Origin: Calditrichota bacterium
GTDB taxonomy: Bacteria > Electryoneota > AABM5-125-24 > Hatepunaeales > Hatepunaeaceae
Assembly: GCA_016867835.1 (NCBI GenBank)
Contig: VGIQ01000004.1
Location: forward strand, 1 to 54,344
Direction of reading: 5' to 3'
DNA length: 54,344 bases
The notes under the pieces are model-generated. The model had not been told where the DNA came from and searched no databases. It saw nothing but the letters and a program-made list of their open reading frames with translations. Both the position numbers and the translations under genes were made by a program. Shown piece by piece: positions 8,597 to 16,500 of this stretch (position 1 is its first letter; each line of letters begins with the position of its first letter).

Positions 8597-8732
8597 ACTA
8601 CTTGGTGCCGTTAGTTCTTGTCTTCTCCCCCCTGCTTCGCGGGGGGAGATAAAAGGAGGGGCAATATGGGATTGCACTTCTACCCCCCTATAGTCCCCCC
8701 GCTGAGCGGGGGGACAAAACAAATGATACTGC
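8597..8732. repeat. ~138-bp structured repeat R3, copy A (inverted relative to copy B at 26874-27012)
   Basis: The reverse complement aligns end to end with 26874-27012, with about nine differences by eye. It contains the hairpins tccccccgctgagcgggggga and ctcccccctgcttcgcggggggag. Confidence 0.85.
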
Positions 8733-8788
8733 ACCCATAAATAACTTCTTCCTTAGACTCATCTTGTTGATAATAAAGGGGATCATCT

Positions 8789-10207
8789 ATGCACCGTTTT
8801 CTCTATCTTTTCGTCATTCTCGCCGCGCTCTTCCTGATCGGCGCCGACCAGAAGGAGACGCCCGCCAAAGCCGGCAGCGGCGGCTACCTGCCGGTTCTAT
8901 CCGGCGACAGCCAAGCCTGCATCGAATGTCACCGCAGTGAGAACCCCGGTATTTACCAGCAATGGGGCGCGTCGAAGCACTACGGCGCCAACGTCGGTTG
9001 CTACGAATGCCATAAGGCCGACAAGAACGACGCCGACGCTTTCGACCACAACGGCTGGATGATTTCTATCATCGTCTCCCCGGCCGACTGCGCCAAGTGT
9101 CATCAGCAGGAGGTGGCAGAGTTCTCTGCCAGCCATCACTCCCGTGCCGCCGAAATCCTCGGCTCGCTCGACAACGTTCTGGGCGAGGTCGTCGAAGGGC
9201 CGGCTGCGGCGGTCTTAGGCTGCAAGCAGTGCCACGGCTCGGAGGTGAAGGTCGTCGGCAACGGCAAACTCCACCCTGACACCTGGCCTAACACCGGAAT
9301 GGGCCGGATCAATCCCGACGGCACGAAAGGCTCCTGCACGGCTTGCCATACCCGGCACGAGTTCTCGGTCGCCCAAGCCCGCCAACCGGAAAACTGCGGC
9401 CGCTGCCACCTCGGCCCCGACCACCCTCAGAAGGAGATTTACGAGGAGTCGAAACATGGCATCGCCTACTATGCCAACATCGATCGGATGAATCTGAACA
9501 ATTCAAAGTGGGTGCTTGGCGAAGACTACACCGCGGCTCCGACCTGCGCCACTTGCCACATGTCGGCGACACCCGACCTGCCGCTGACCCACGACGTCGG
9601 CTCGCGCATCAGTTGGACGCTCCGGCCGGCTATTTCGGAGAAGGTCGATGCGCCTTACATCAAAGCCGGCAAGAAAGTCAAACCGTGGCAGGAACGGCGC
9701 GCCGATATGAAGAAAGTCTGCAGCGTCTGCCATACACCGGACTACGTCAACTCGTTCTACCACCAGTTCGACAACGTCGTCGAACTCTACAACACCAAGT
9801 TCGCCCTTCCCGGCCGCGACCTGATGGCTGCGATAACCGATGCCGGGCTGATCACCAGCGATATCCCGTTCGACGACGAAATCGAATGGACCTGGTATTT
9901 CCTCTGGCACCACGAGGGTCGTCGAGCGCGAATGGGGGCTTCGATGTTCGCTCCCGACTATACCCAGTGGCACGGCTTCTTCGAAATTGCGCACCGGTTC
10001 TACACCGAACTGATACCGCAAGCCAAAGAACTGGCGCATAAAGCCCGGGAAGCGGGGAAGATCGCGGCAGCGGATAAGGTCGAAGCGAAGGTGAAGGAGA
10101 TCCTTGCGATGCCCGACCACCAGTGGTCTATAGGGAAGATGCCGCCGGAGGAGAAAGCACGGCGTCAGAAGGCGTCGGAAGAGTTCAAGAAGCGCTACGT
10201 TCAGTAG
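8789..10207 (+). CDS. Octahaem c-type cytochrome, hydroxylamine-oxidoreductase (HAO) family-like
   Basis: N-terminal signal/anchor MHRFLYLFVILAALFLIGA. Eight CxxCH motifs (CIECH, CYECH, CAKCH, CKQCH, CTACH, CGRCH, CATCH, CSVCH). QQWGASKH and WHHEGRRARMG segments are reminiscent of HAO-family proteins. Confidence 0.8.
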   Translation: MHRFLYLFVILAALFLIGADQKETPAKAGSGGYLPVLSGDSQACIECHRSENPGIYQQWGASKHYGANVGCYECHKADKNDADAFDHNGWMISIIVSPADCAKCHQQEVAEFSASHHSRAAEILGSLDNVLGEVVEGPAAAVLGCKQCHGSEVKVVGNGKLHPDTWPNTGMGRINPDGTKGSCTACHTRHEFSVAQARQPENCGRCHLGPDHPQKEIYEESKHGIAYYANIDRMNLNNSKWVLGEDYTAAPTCATCHMSATPDLPLTHDVGSRISWTLRPAISEKVDAPYIKAGKKVKPWQERRADMKKVCSVCHTPDYVNSFYHQFDNVVELYNTKFALPGRDLMAAITDAGLITSDIPFDDEIEWTWYFLWHHEGRRARMGASMFAPDYTQWHGFFEIAHRFYTELIPQAKELAHKAREAGKIAAADKVEAKVKEILAMPDHQWSIGKMPPEEKARRQKASEEFKKRYVQ

Positions 10208-10292
10208 GAGCGAGGCGAAGGCAGTTCAACCTGCCGTTGCATTCCCGGAGGGTGGACGGGGGCGTCTGCCCGGCTAAAAGAGTTGCCTTGGA

Positions 10293-10370
10293 GGGCGGAC
10301 ATTCCTGTCCGCCCTGAGATATCCTTCAATTTCCTTGCCTCGTGGCAGGCGGACGAGGCGTCCGCCTGCC
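10293..10370. repeat. R2-related hairpins
   Basis: gggcggacattcctgtccgccc (10293-10314) and ggcaggcggacgaggcgtccgcctgcc (10344-10370). The left flank cttggagggcgg is shared with the copy at 504. Confidence 0.7.
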
Positions 10371-10497
10371 CAATCCGGACGGGCGGAATGTCGCGGGCAG
10401 TATCCCGCAATCCGTCACTTCTGTCACTCCCGTCACTTCCTTCACCAAATAAAAGGGCTGCCAGTCCTCTGTCGCTACCAGTCCCAGGAAAGAACAG

Positions 10498-10517
10498 ATC
10501 CCCGATAAATCGGGGAG
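10498..10517 (-). terminator. Possible intrinsic terminator for ychF
   Basis: The minus strand reads TCCCCGAtttaTCGGGGA followed by tctgttctttcc. Confidence 0.4.
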
Positions 10518-10536
10518 TCACCAGTTTCCTGTTGTT

Positions 10537-10620
10537 GCCAGTCCCCTGACGCCACTAGCCCTCCGTCGCTGCCAGTCCCCTGTCGCCACTAGCCCTCCGT
10601 CGCTGCCAGTCCCCTGTCGC
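10537..10620. repeat. Tandem 17/34-bp repeats directly downstream of the ychF stop
   Basis: gccagtcccctgacgcc actagccctccgtcgct gccagtcccctgtcgcc actagccctccgtcgct gccagtcccctgtcgc. Confidence 0.75.
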
Positions 10621-11703
10621 TCAGATGCCAAACCGGACATTGATGACATCGCCATCCTTTACGATGTAGTCCTTCCCTTCAAGGTGCAGTTTGGCTTGCT
10701 CCTTCAAGCGGGCGTGGCTCCCACCGGCAGCGACCAGATCGTCCCAACGGCAGACCTCGGCGCGAATAAACCCCCTTGCAATGTCGTCGTGAATGGCTCC
10801 GGCGGCGGTTACGGCGTTCGACCCGGACGGTATCGCCCACGCGGTGGTGTCCTTGTCGCCGGTGGTGAAGAAGGTGATCATGCCCATCAGGTCGAAGGTG
10901 GCGCGAATGATCCGGTCGAGCGCCGGCAGGTCGTAGCCAAGGTCAGCCATGAAGGGAGCGCGCTCCTCCGGGTCGAGTTGCGCGATCTCGGCTTCGATTT
11001 CGCCTGCCGCCGAGACCCAGCCGACCTGACGGACCAGACCGGGGAAAGCGGCTTGTAACTGCTGAAGCCGCGCGCCAGCCCCTGCTGCACCCTCCTCACC
11101 CAGATTGAGCACCACCAGAAGCGGCTTGAGGCTCAGGAAGGCATAGCCTCGCAGAGCTTTATCGTCGGTCGCGTCGAAAGCGAGTTCCCTTAACGGTCTT
11201 TCCGCCGCAAGTCCATCGCGGCAACGTTCCAACAAGTCCGCTTCCCGCCGGGACGCTTCGTCGTGCATTCTCGCGAGTCGCTCGAGGCGCTTTTCGGCGG
11301 TTGCCAGATCGGCCAGAATGAACTCCAGTTCGGTCTCCAGCAGGTCCCGCGCCGGATCGATACTCCCCGACGGATGCGGCACTCCCGCCGCAGCGAAGTC
11401 GCGCAGCACCAGCGCCAGCATCGAAACCGCCCGCAGTTCGCCGAGCAGTGCGGGAGGATAAGGCTCGGTCCGGTCGCCGGTGTGCGCCGCGCCTGGGATG
11501 TCGAGATACTCGACAGTCGCCGGGACGATCTTGCGCGACCTGGAGACGCGGGCCAGTTCGTCCCGCCGCGGATCCGGAAGTTGCGCTATGCCGTGCTGCA
11601 CTTCACGACGGCTCTGAACCGGATCCGGCAGCGGTGATCCGGTCAGGAGGGAGAAGAGCGTCGATTTGCCGGAGAGCGGCTTGCCGACGATTCCGCAACG
11701 CAT
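10621..11703 (-). CDS. ychF: YchF/Obg-family ribosome-binding ATPase
   Basis: The C-terminal half (FFTTG...AWAIPSGSNAVTAAGAIHDDIARGFIRAEV...EGKDYIVKDGDVINVRFGI) parallels E. coli YchF. The P-loop is divergent (GKPLSGKST). Confidence 0.85.
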   Translation of the reverse strand: MRCGIVGKPLSGKSTLFSLLTGSPLPDPVQSRREVQHGIAQLPDPRRDELARVSRSRKIVPATVEYLDIPGAAHTGDRTEPYPPALLGELRAVSMLALVLRDFAAAGVPHPSGSIDPARDLLETELEFILADLATAEKRLERLARMHDEASRREADLLERCRDGLAAERPLRELAFDATDDKALRGYAFLSLKPLLVVLNLGEEGAAGAGARLQQLQAAFPGLVRQVGWVSAAGEIEAEIAQLDPEERAPFMADLGYDLPALDRIIRATFDLMGMITFFTTGDKDTTAWAIPSGSNAVTAAGAIHDDIARGFIRAEVCRWDDLVAAGGSHARLKEQAKLHLEGKDYIVKDGDVINVRFGI

Positions 11704-11792
11704 ATGATGTCCTTTCGTGGCTGGCGGATGCCCTCGACCGCCAGCCCAATTCGGGGGGACGAGGGCGTCCCCTACATATTAGACGCAGTCGT

Positions 11793-11915
11793 CATTCCCG
11801 CGCAGGCGGGAATCCAAGCAAGCCAAATCAAGGATGGATCCCCGTCTTCACGGGAATGACCAAACGTCTTCATTCCCGCGCCGAGCCTGCCTCCAGCAAA
11901 GGCGCAGGCGGGACT
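11793..11915. repeat. Cluster of CATTCCCGCG...GCGGGAAT-type palindromic repeats (family R4)
   Basis: cattcccgcgcaggcgggaatcc; atccccgtcttcacgggaat; cattcccgcgccgagcctgcc...ggcgcaggcggga. Related copies lie at 27064-27134. Confidence 0.65.
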
Positions 11916-11990
11916 TGAACAGGGACGCAGCAAGCGGACAATCCAGTCCGAACTTTCTCACTTTCCCACTTGCATACTTTCCCACTTCCC

Positions 11991-12025
11991 AAAAAGCAGG
12001 GAATCCGCGCGTGACGGATTCCCTG
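11991..12025 (-). terminator. Rho-independent terminator of hup
   Basis: The minus strand reads CAGGGAATCCG-tcacgcg-CGGATTCCCTG followed by cttttt, 26 nt after the hup stop. Confidence 0.8.
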
Positions 12026-12050
12026 GCCGGCAATACGAGGGTTCGGCCGG

Positions 12051-12323
12051 TTACCGGACGCTGGAGCGGAACTCCTTGCCCGGGACGAACTTCGGCACCT
12101 TCTTCGCCGGTATTTTGATTTTGGCGCCGGTGGCCGGGTTGCGACCCGGTCGCGCCTTGCGCTTCAGGACCCCGAAACTCCCGAAGCCGACCATCGACAC
12201 TTTGTCTCCCTTGGCAACCGCGCGCATGATCGTGTCGGTGAACGCCTTCAGCATCGCTTCGGCGGTCTTCTGTGTCGCGCCCGACTTGGTCGCGATCGTT
12301 TTGACGAGATCGGTTTTGTTCAT
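12051..12323 (-). CDS. hup: HU-family nucleoid-associated DNA-binding protein
   Basis: 90 aa from ATG 12323. MNKTDLVKTIA...GDKVSMVGFGSFGVLKRKARPGRNPATGAKIKIPAKKVPKFVPGKEF is the canonical HU/IHF fold signature. Confidence 0.95.
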   Translation of the reverse strand: MNKTDLVKTIATKSGATQKTAEAMLKAFTDTIMRAVAKGDKVSMVGFGSFGVLKRKARPGRNPATGAKIKIPAKKVPKFVPGKEFRSSVR

Positions 12324-12404
12324 ACGCTTTCCAGTATAACGGACAGACCAGGGTGGCGCGGCATCGTAAGGCCCTCTTTGCCGGGGGATGCAGCACCAAA
12401 AGGC

Positions 12405-12434
12405 AATATAAGTCGAACCTTTAGGGTCTGTCAA
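12405..12434 (-). promoter_or_regulatory. Putative sigma-70 promoter of hup
   Basis: The minus strand reads TTGACA (12434-12429), 18-nt spacer, TATATT (12410-12405). Confidence 0.5.
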
Positions 12435-12492
12435 GGGCTGCGGCCTTTTCCGCGCGAAAAAAGGAGGGCTTGAAGAATCCCCATTTCCCGTC

Positions 12493-13103
12493 GCGTAGCG
12501 GCGGATTCCGATCCGCCGAACGGATGAAGGCGATTCGCGTAGCGGCGGATAGGGCGATAGTTTGTGGTGTCAGGTGTCTTCACCTGACACCCGCCGTCGG
12601 GTGGGGACACCCGACGGCACAATGAATCCGCCGAAATGATGAAGGCGATACGCGTAGCGGCGGATTCCGATCCGCCGAACGGATGAAGGCGATTCGCGTA
12701 GCGGCGGATAGGGCGATAGTTTGTGGTGTCAGGTGTCTTCACCTGACACCCGCCGTCGGGTGGGGACACCCGACGGCACAATGAATCCGCCGAAATGATG
12801 AAGGCGATACGCGTAGCGGCGGATTCCGATCCGCCGAACGGATGCGGGCGATTCGCGTAGCGGCGGATAGGGCGATAGTTTGTGGTGTCAGGTGTCTTCA
12901 CCTGACACCCGCCGTCGGGTGGGGACACCCGACAGCACAATGAATCCGCCGAAAGGATCGGGCGATTCGCGTAGCGGCGGATTCCGATCCGCCGAACGGA
13001 TGCGGGCGATTCGCGTAACGGCGGATAGGGCGATAGTTTGTGGTGTCAGGTGTCTTCACCTGACACCCGCCGTCGGGTGGGGTCACCCGACAGCACAATG
13101 AAT
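12493..13103. repeat. Tandem array of about 4 units of 159 bp, each made of three or more hairpin modules and including the twin-hairpin REP-like element
   Basis: The REP core gtggtgtcaggtgtcttcacctgacac starts at 12564, 12723, 12882 and 13040 (periods 159, 159, 158). The sequence between the cores is also repeated, with few substitutions. Confidence 0.9.
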
Positions 13104-13127
13104 TTTCGAATGAAGAACGCCAAAGGC

Positions 13128-13156
13128 TTGACTTGTGCTCCGGCTTTCCTTAACTT
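13128..13156 (+). promoter_or_regulatory. Putative sigma-70 promoter of the large T9SS cargo gene
   Basis: TTGACT, 17-nt spacer, TAACTT. A GGAG Shine-Dalgarno lies before ATG 13220. Confidence 0.35.
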
Positions 13157-13219
13157 TAGGCGCTTTCGGATCCGGATTCCACGATCATTAACGATCGAGT
13201 CCATATAGAGGGAGTACGT

Positions 13220-13519
13220 ATGCCTGCCTTCAAGCCGGCGGCTCGTGCCGCCCGGATCGCGGCAATCCTTTCCTGCCTGTTGCCGCTAACGCTTTATTCT
13301 GCAGTTGTTACCGAGGAAGGCTCGCTGCTTGAGTTCTTCTCCGGCGAGGGTGTATATCAGGGCGCCTACGACAACTGGATCAGCCACACCGTCGAAGCCG
13401 ATCAGGTCGGCTGGCCGCTCAATTTTGCCCCCCCGAACTCGACCGCGAGACCAACGGCTTCGGGACGTTTCGCCTCATCGACGACCTCCCCAGCCCGCAG
13501 CAAGTCCTCGCCGACCTAA
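13220..13519 (+). CDS. N-terminal fragment (signal peptide plus start of domain 1) of the large T9SS cargo protein; reads out of frame after the C7 tract at 13428-13434
   Basis: Signal peptide MPAFKPAARAARIAAILSCLLPLTLYSA. ...QGAYDNWISHTVEADQ matches ...ATAYDNWVSHISEGIAQ of the internal repeat in ORF 13537..16878. Homology stops at the C7 tract. Confidence 0.7.
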   Translation: MPAFKPAARAARIAAILSCLLPLTLYSAVVTEEGSLLEFFSGEGVYQGAYDNWISHTVEADQVGWPLNFAPPNSTARPTASGRFASSTTSPARSKSSPT

Positions 13520-13536
13520 ACGCCATAGCCGCGGCG

Positions 13537-16500
13537 TTGCTGGCTAATGACCCTGAAGGAGCCGACGCCATTCGCGCGAGCGCGTGGTTTGCCAACTACT
13601 TCGAGGTGATTCGTCTGACCGACGGGAACAGCGCCTACCTGATGCTGCGCGAAGTGCTTAATGACAACTACTTCGATGACAACGGCACCCCGGACGATGC
13701 GACCGATGACGTGCGCGGCAGTTTCGATCTCGGCTGGGGGCTGCTGGTAGTGAAGGTGAACGCTCTCCACCCGGCGGTCGCGGTTCAGGTCGTCCATCCA
13801 TCGACCGACTTCATCTCTCCGCACGTTGCACTCGATGCTTTTCTGACCCTCGACGCCGGAACGTTGATGGTGAGCGGCGTCTCGCGCAACGCTGCCTGGT
13901 CGGGGCAGACTTACGATTCTGACTCATCGCTCTCGGATCCGTCGCGAAACGGACGCACCGCGCTGCAGGAGTGGAATCTGGCGATGCTCAGCGCCCGCCC
14001 CGGGACGTGGTCGATTCAGGTGCATAGTTACAACGCCTACAACTCGAACGGCACCCCGGCGCACGTCGGCGTCAACTCGGTGCAACTCTCATGGGAGCGC
14101 GAGAACCGGGCAGATCCGAACCTGCCGATGATGAGTTGGGACCACAATGACCTGATCAGTTTGACGCCCGACCCGGCGGTTCCGCAGAGTGAAGCCTGGC
14201 CCTTCGCAGCGGTCGGAATCGGATCCTACTACACCGCCTACTATCCCGGCAACTACAAGTGGCGCGGCCAGACGACCATTCCCAACAACGTCGATCTGCC
14301 CGGGACCGCGTCAAACTGCCAGATGGTAGCGTCGCATGTAGGGCATCACTTCACCTATGATCTCGAGAACTGGCTCCATATGGAACTCGACGAGTTCCCC
14401 GACGTGGCTGCAGCGACCGGGATGTCCATTGCGGAGTTCTACGGCTACACCGGGCCCGGCTCGGGCGTCCCGACCTGGCGCAACTTTCAAGCCGTGGTTC
14501 ACTACTACCGCCCAATCTTTACCGCTGCCCGAGCCTGGCTCGATCAGGCGCCCGCAGTGCCGTCGCTGGTGCAGGAGAGCGCTTCATTCGACAACTTCTA
14601 TATGGGCAGCACTGCTGGAGCGACGGCTTACGATAACTGGGTGAGCCACATTTCGGAAGGGATTGCCCAAGCCGGCTACAACGACCATGGACCGGCGCAA
14701 CTCGACCGGCAGACGAACGGCTTTGGCCGTTTCGAGGTGATCAATTCCGAAATCGGCGGTGATGTCGTGCTAAAGGTGTTGAAGGAGGCATCCCGGCGGC
14801 TCGTGACCGGCGATGAAGCAGGAGTGCGGTATCTGCTGCGCAACGCCGGACTCGGCACGAGGTATCAGTTGGTGCGTCTCACGGATGGCGATGCGACCTA
14901 CCTGATCCTGCGTGAAGTCCTGAATAACAACTATTTCGACGACAACGGCACGGAGACGGCCGCAGACGATGTTCAGGGCAGTTTCGACCTCGGCTGGGGA
15001 CTGTTTGCCGTTCGTCTCGACGCCCCCCGGGCGCAGATCATTATCGAAGCGCCGCATCCATGTGACGACTACGTCTCGCCGGCGCTGGCGCTCGACGCCT
15101 TTCACACCCTTGGCGCCGGAGTCCTGATGGTCAATGGCGCCGGCCGCGAGGTTGCCTGGACGGGAGTGACTCCCTACACCAATTCCAAGTCGCTTTCCGA
15201 TCCGACCCGCAACGGGCGCACCTGGTTCAATGTGATGCACCAGGCGGCGGTCGATCTGCTCGATCAGGAGTTGACGATTCAGGTGCATAGTTACGACAGC
15301 GACGGACATCCCAACAGCCGCTGTGGAGAAATCTCCGCCGCCGACGACTACTATCCCAATGCGCCGCTGATGGATGCCGGGACGCACTTCGATCTGGTCA
15401 GTTTGACGCCGCTCTACCCGGTCCCGGCTAATTCGATCGGCGCCGGCAATCATGCTGCCGTCCGGGTCGATGATTACTACGGCGTCTATTACGGCGGCGG
15501 ATACCGCTGGAACAACGACAACAACATCGTCATCTCGAACTACATCGAGCAGCCCGGATTCGGCTCCAATCAACAGATGCTCTACTCCCATGCCGGACAC
15601 AACGCCCAGAGCGACCCGGAAAACTGGCTCCACTTCGAACTCGACGAGTTCCCCAACGTCATCACCGAGAACATTATCTCGTTCTATGGCGGCGCGGATG
15701 CGGTTCCTACCTTTGCTGACTTCACAAACGAGGTGCAGTTCTTTCATCCGATCTTCGACGCCTTGGAGCGCTACTTCCAGGGCCCCGGAGAGCAAGTGTT
15801 AACGATTGCGCCATCATCCGAGCAGACGATCATCGGCACCCGGCAGGGGAGTCTTGCCGAGGTCTCAGCAAGCGACAACGGCTATGAGGTCCTGACCGAA
15901 GTCGTCTCGGGCGGCCAGCCTGCTCGGCGGTATAGTTACCTCGAGCACATCTGGACCTTCAGTTTGACCGGCTATGACCTCAGTCTGGCAGTCGAAGCGT
16001 TCCATAACAGCAACAACGAGAACGACCACTTTGTCTTCGCCGGGTCGTTCGACGGGCAGAACTATACCGAACTGCTGACCGTGACCAAGGTTGCAGATGA
16101 CAACACACCCCAGGTGGTTGCCATCAACGGCTCCGCAACGGGCAGTTTCTACCTCCGGGTGCGCGACACCGACCGAACGCAAGGCCGCACCGGGCTTGAC
16201 CGCCTCTCGGTCGATCATCTCGCGCTCACTTACACCGTCGGTGAGGCACCGGCAGATCAGTATATGGCTGTGGCAGGGATTGCGCTATCGTCAAGAGTTG
16301 TGAAGCGCAATACGACGGTAACGGGCATTGTTACCATTCAGTCCGAGAACGACAACCCGGTGCCGGGAGCAGTCGTCTCGGCGCGCTGGAGCGGCATCTA
16401 TTCGGCCAACGTCAACGGCACGACGGATGGCAACGGGCAGGTGTCGTTTGTAACGCCCCAGATCCGGGACGCCAGTGGCGATATCGTCCTGACCGTGCTC

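Noticed and set aside
8294-8734. ORFs 8294-8734 (-) and 26840-27031 (+) share the peptide PPAQRGDYRGVEVQ.HIAPPFI.PR.AGGRRQELTAPSS
   Set aside because: The shared peptide is the translation of the R3 nucleotide repeat in its two orientations. It is not a conserved gene.
11448-12399. ORFs 11448-11918 (+), 11834-12118 (+) and 11848-12399 (-) in the ychF-hup spacer
   Set aside because: They span palindromic R4 repeats, the hup terminator and the hup antisense strand. There is no coding signal.
12431-12940. 169-aa minus-strand ORF with a repeated 53-aa peptide (CRRVSPPDGGCQVKTPDTT...). Similar ORFs occur at 12898-13098, 43576-44019, 45671-46127 and 54126-54323.
   Set aside because: These are translations of the REP hairpins. 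The frame stays open only because the unit length is a multiple of 3. The same peptide appears wherever the repeat occurs, in either orientation, with no start context.
12493-13103. Possible CRISPR array (regularly spaced palindromic repeats)
   Set aside because: The sequence between the palindromes is itself repeated almost identically in every 159-bp unit, so there are no unique spacers. No cas genes are nearby.
12324-13219. Replication origin (repeats next to a nucleoid-protein gene)
   Set aside because: No DnaA-box-like TTATCCACA/TGTGGATAA sequences, no AT-rich unwinding element and no dnaA/dnaN nearby.
14770-15795. Long antisense ORFs inside well-supported genes (14770-15795, 23894-24781, 49111-49977, 9343-10041, 9503-10120, 35208-35849 and others)
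   Set aside because: These are typical shadow ORFs of a GC-rich genome, with Arg/Pro/Gly-rich low-complexity translations and no recognisable motifs. The opposite strand carries clear homologs.
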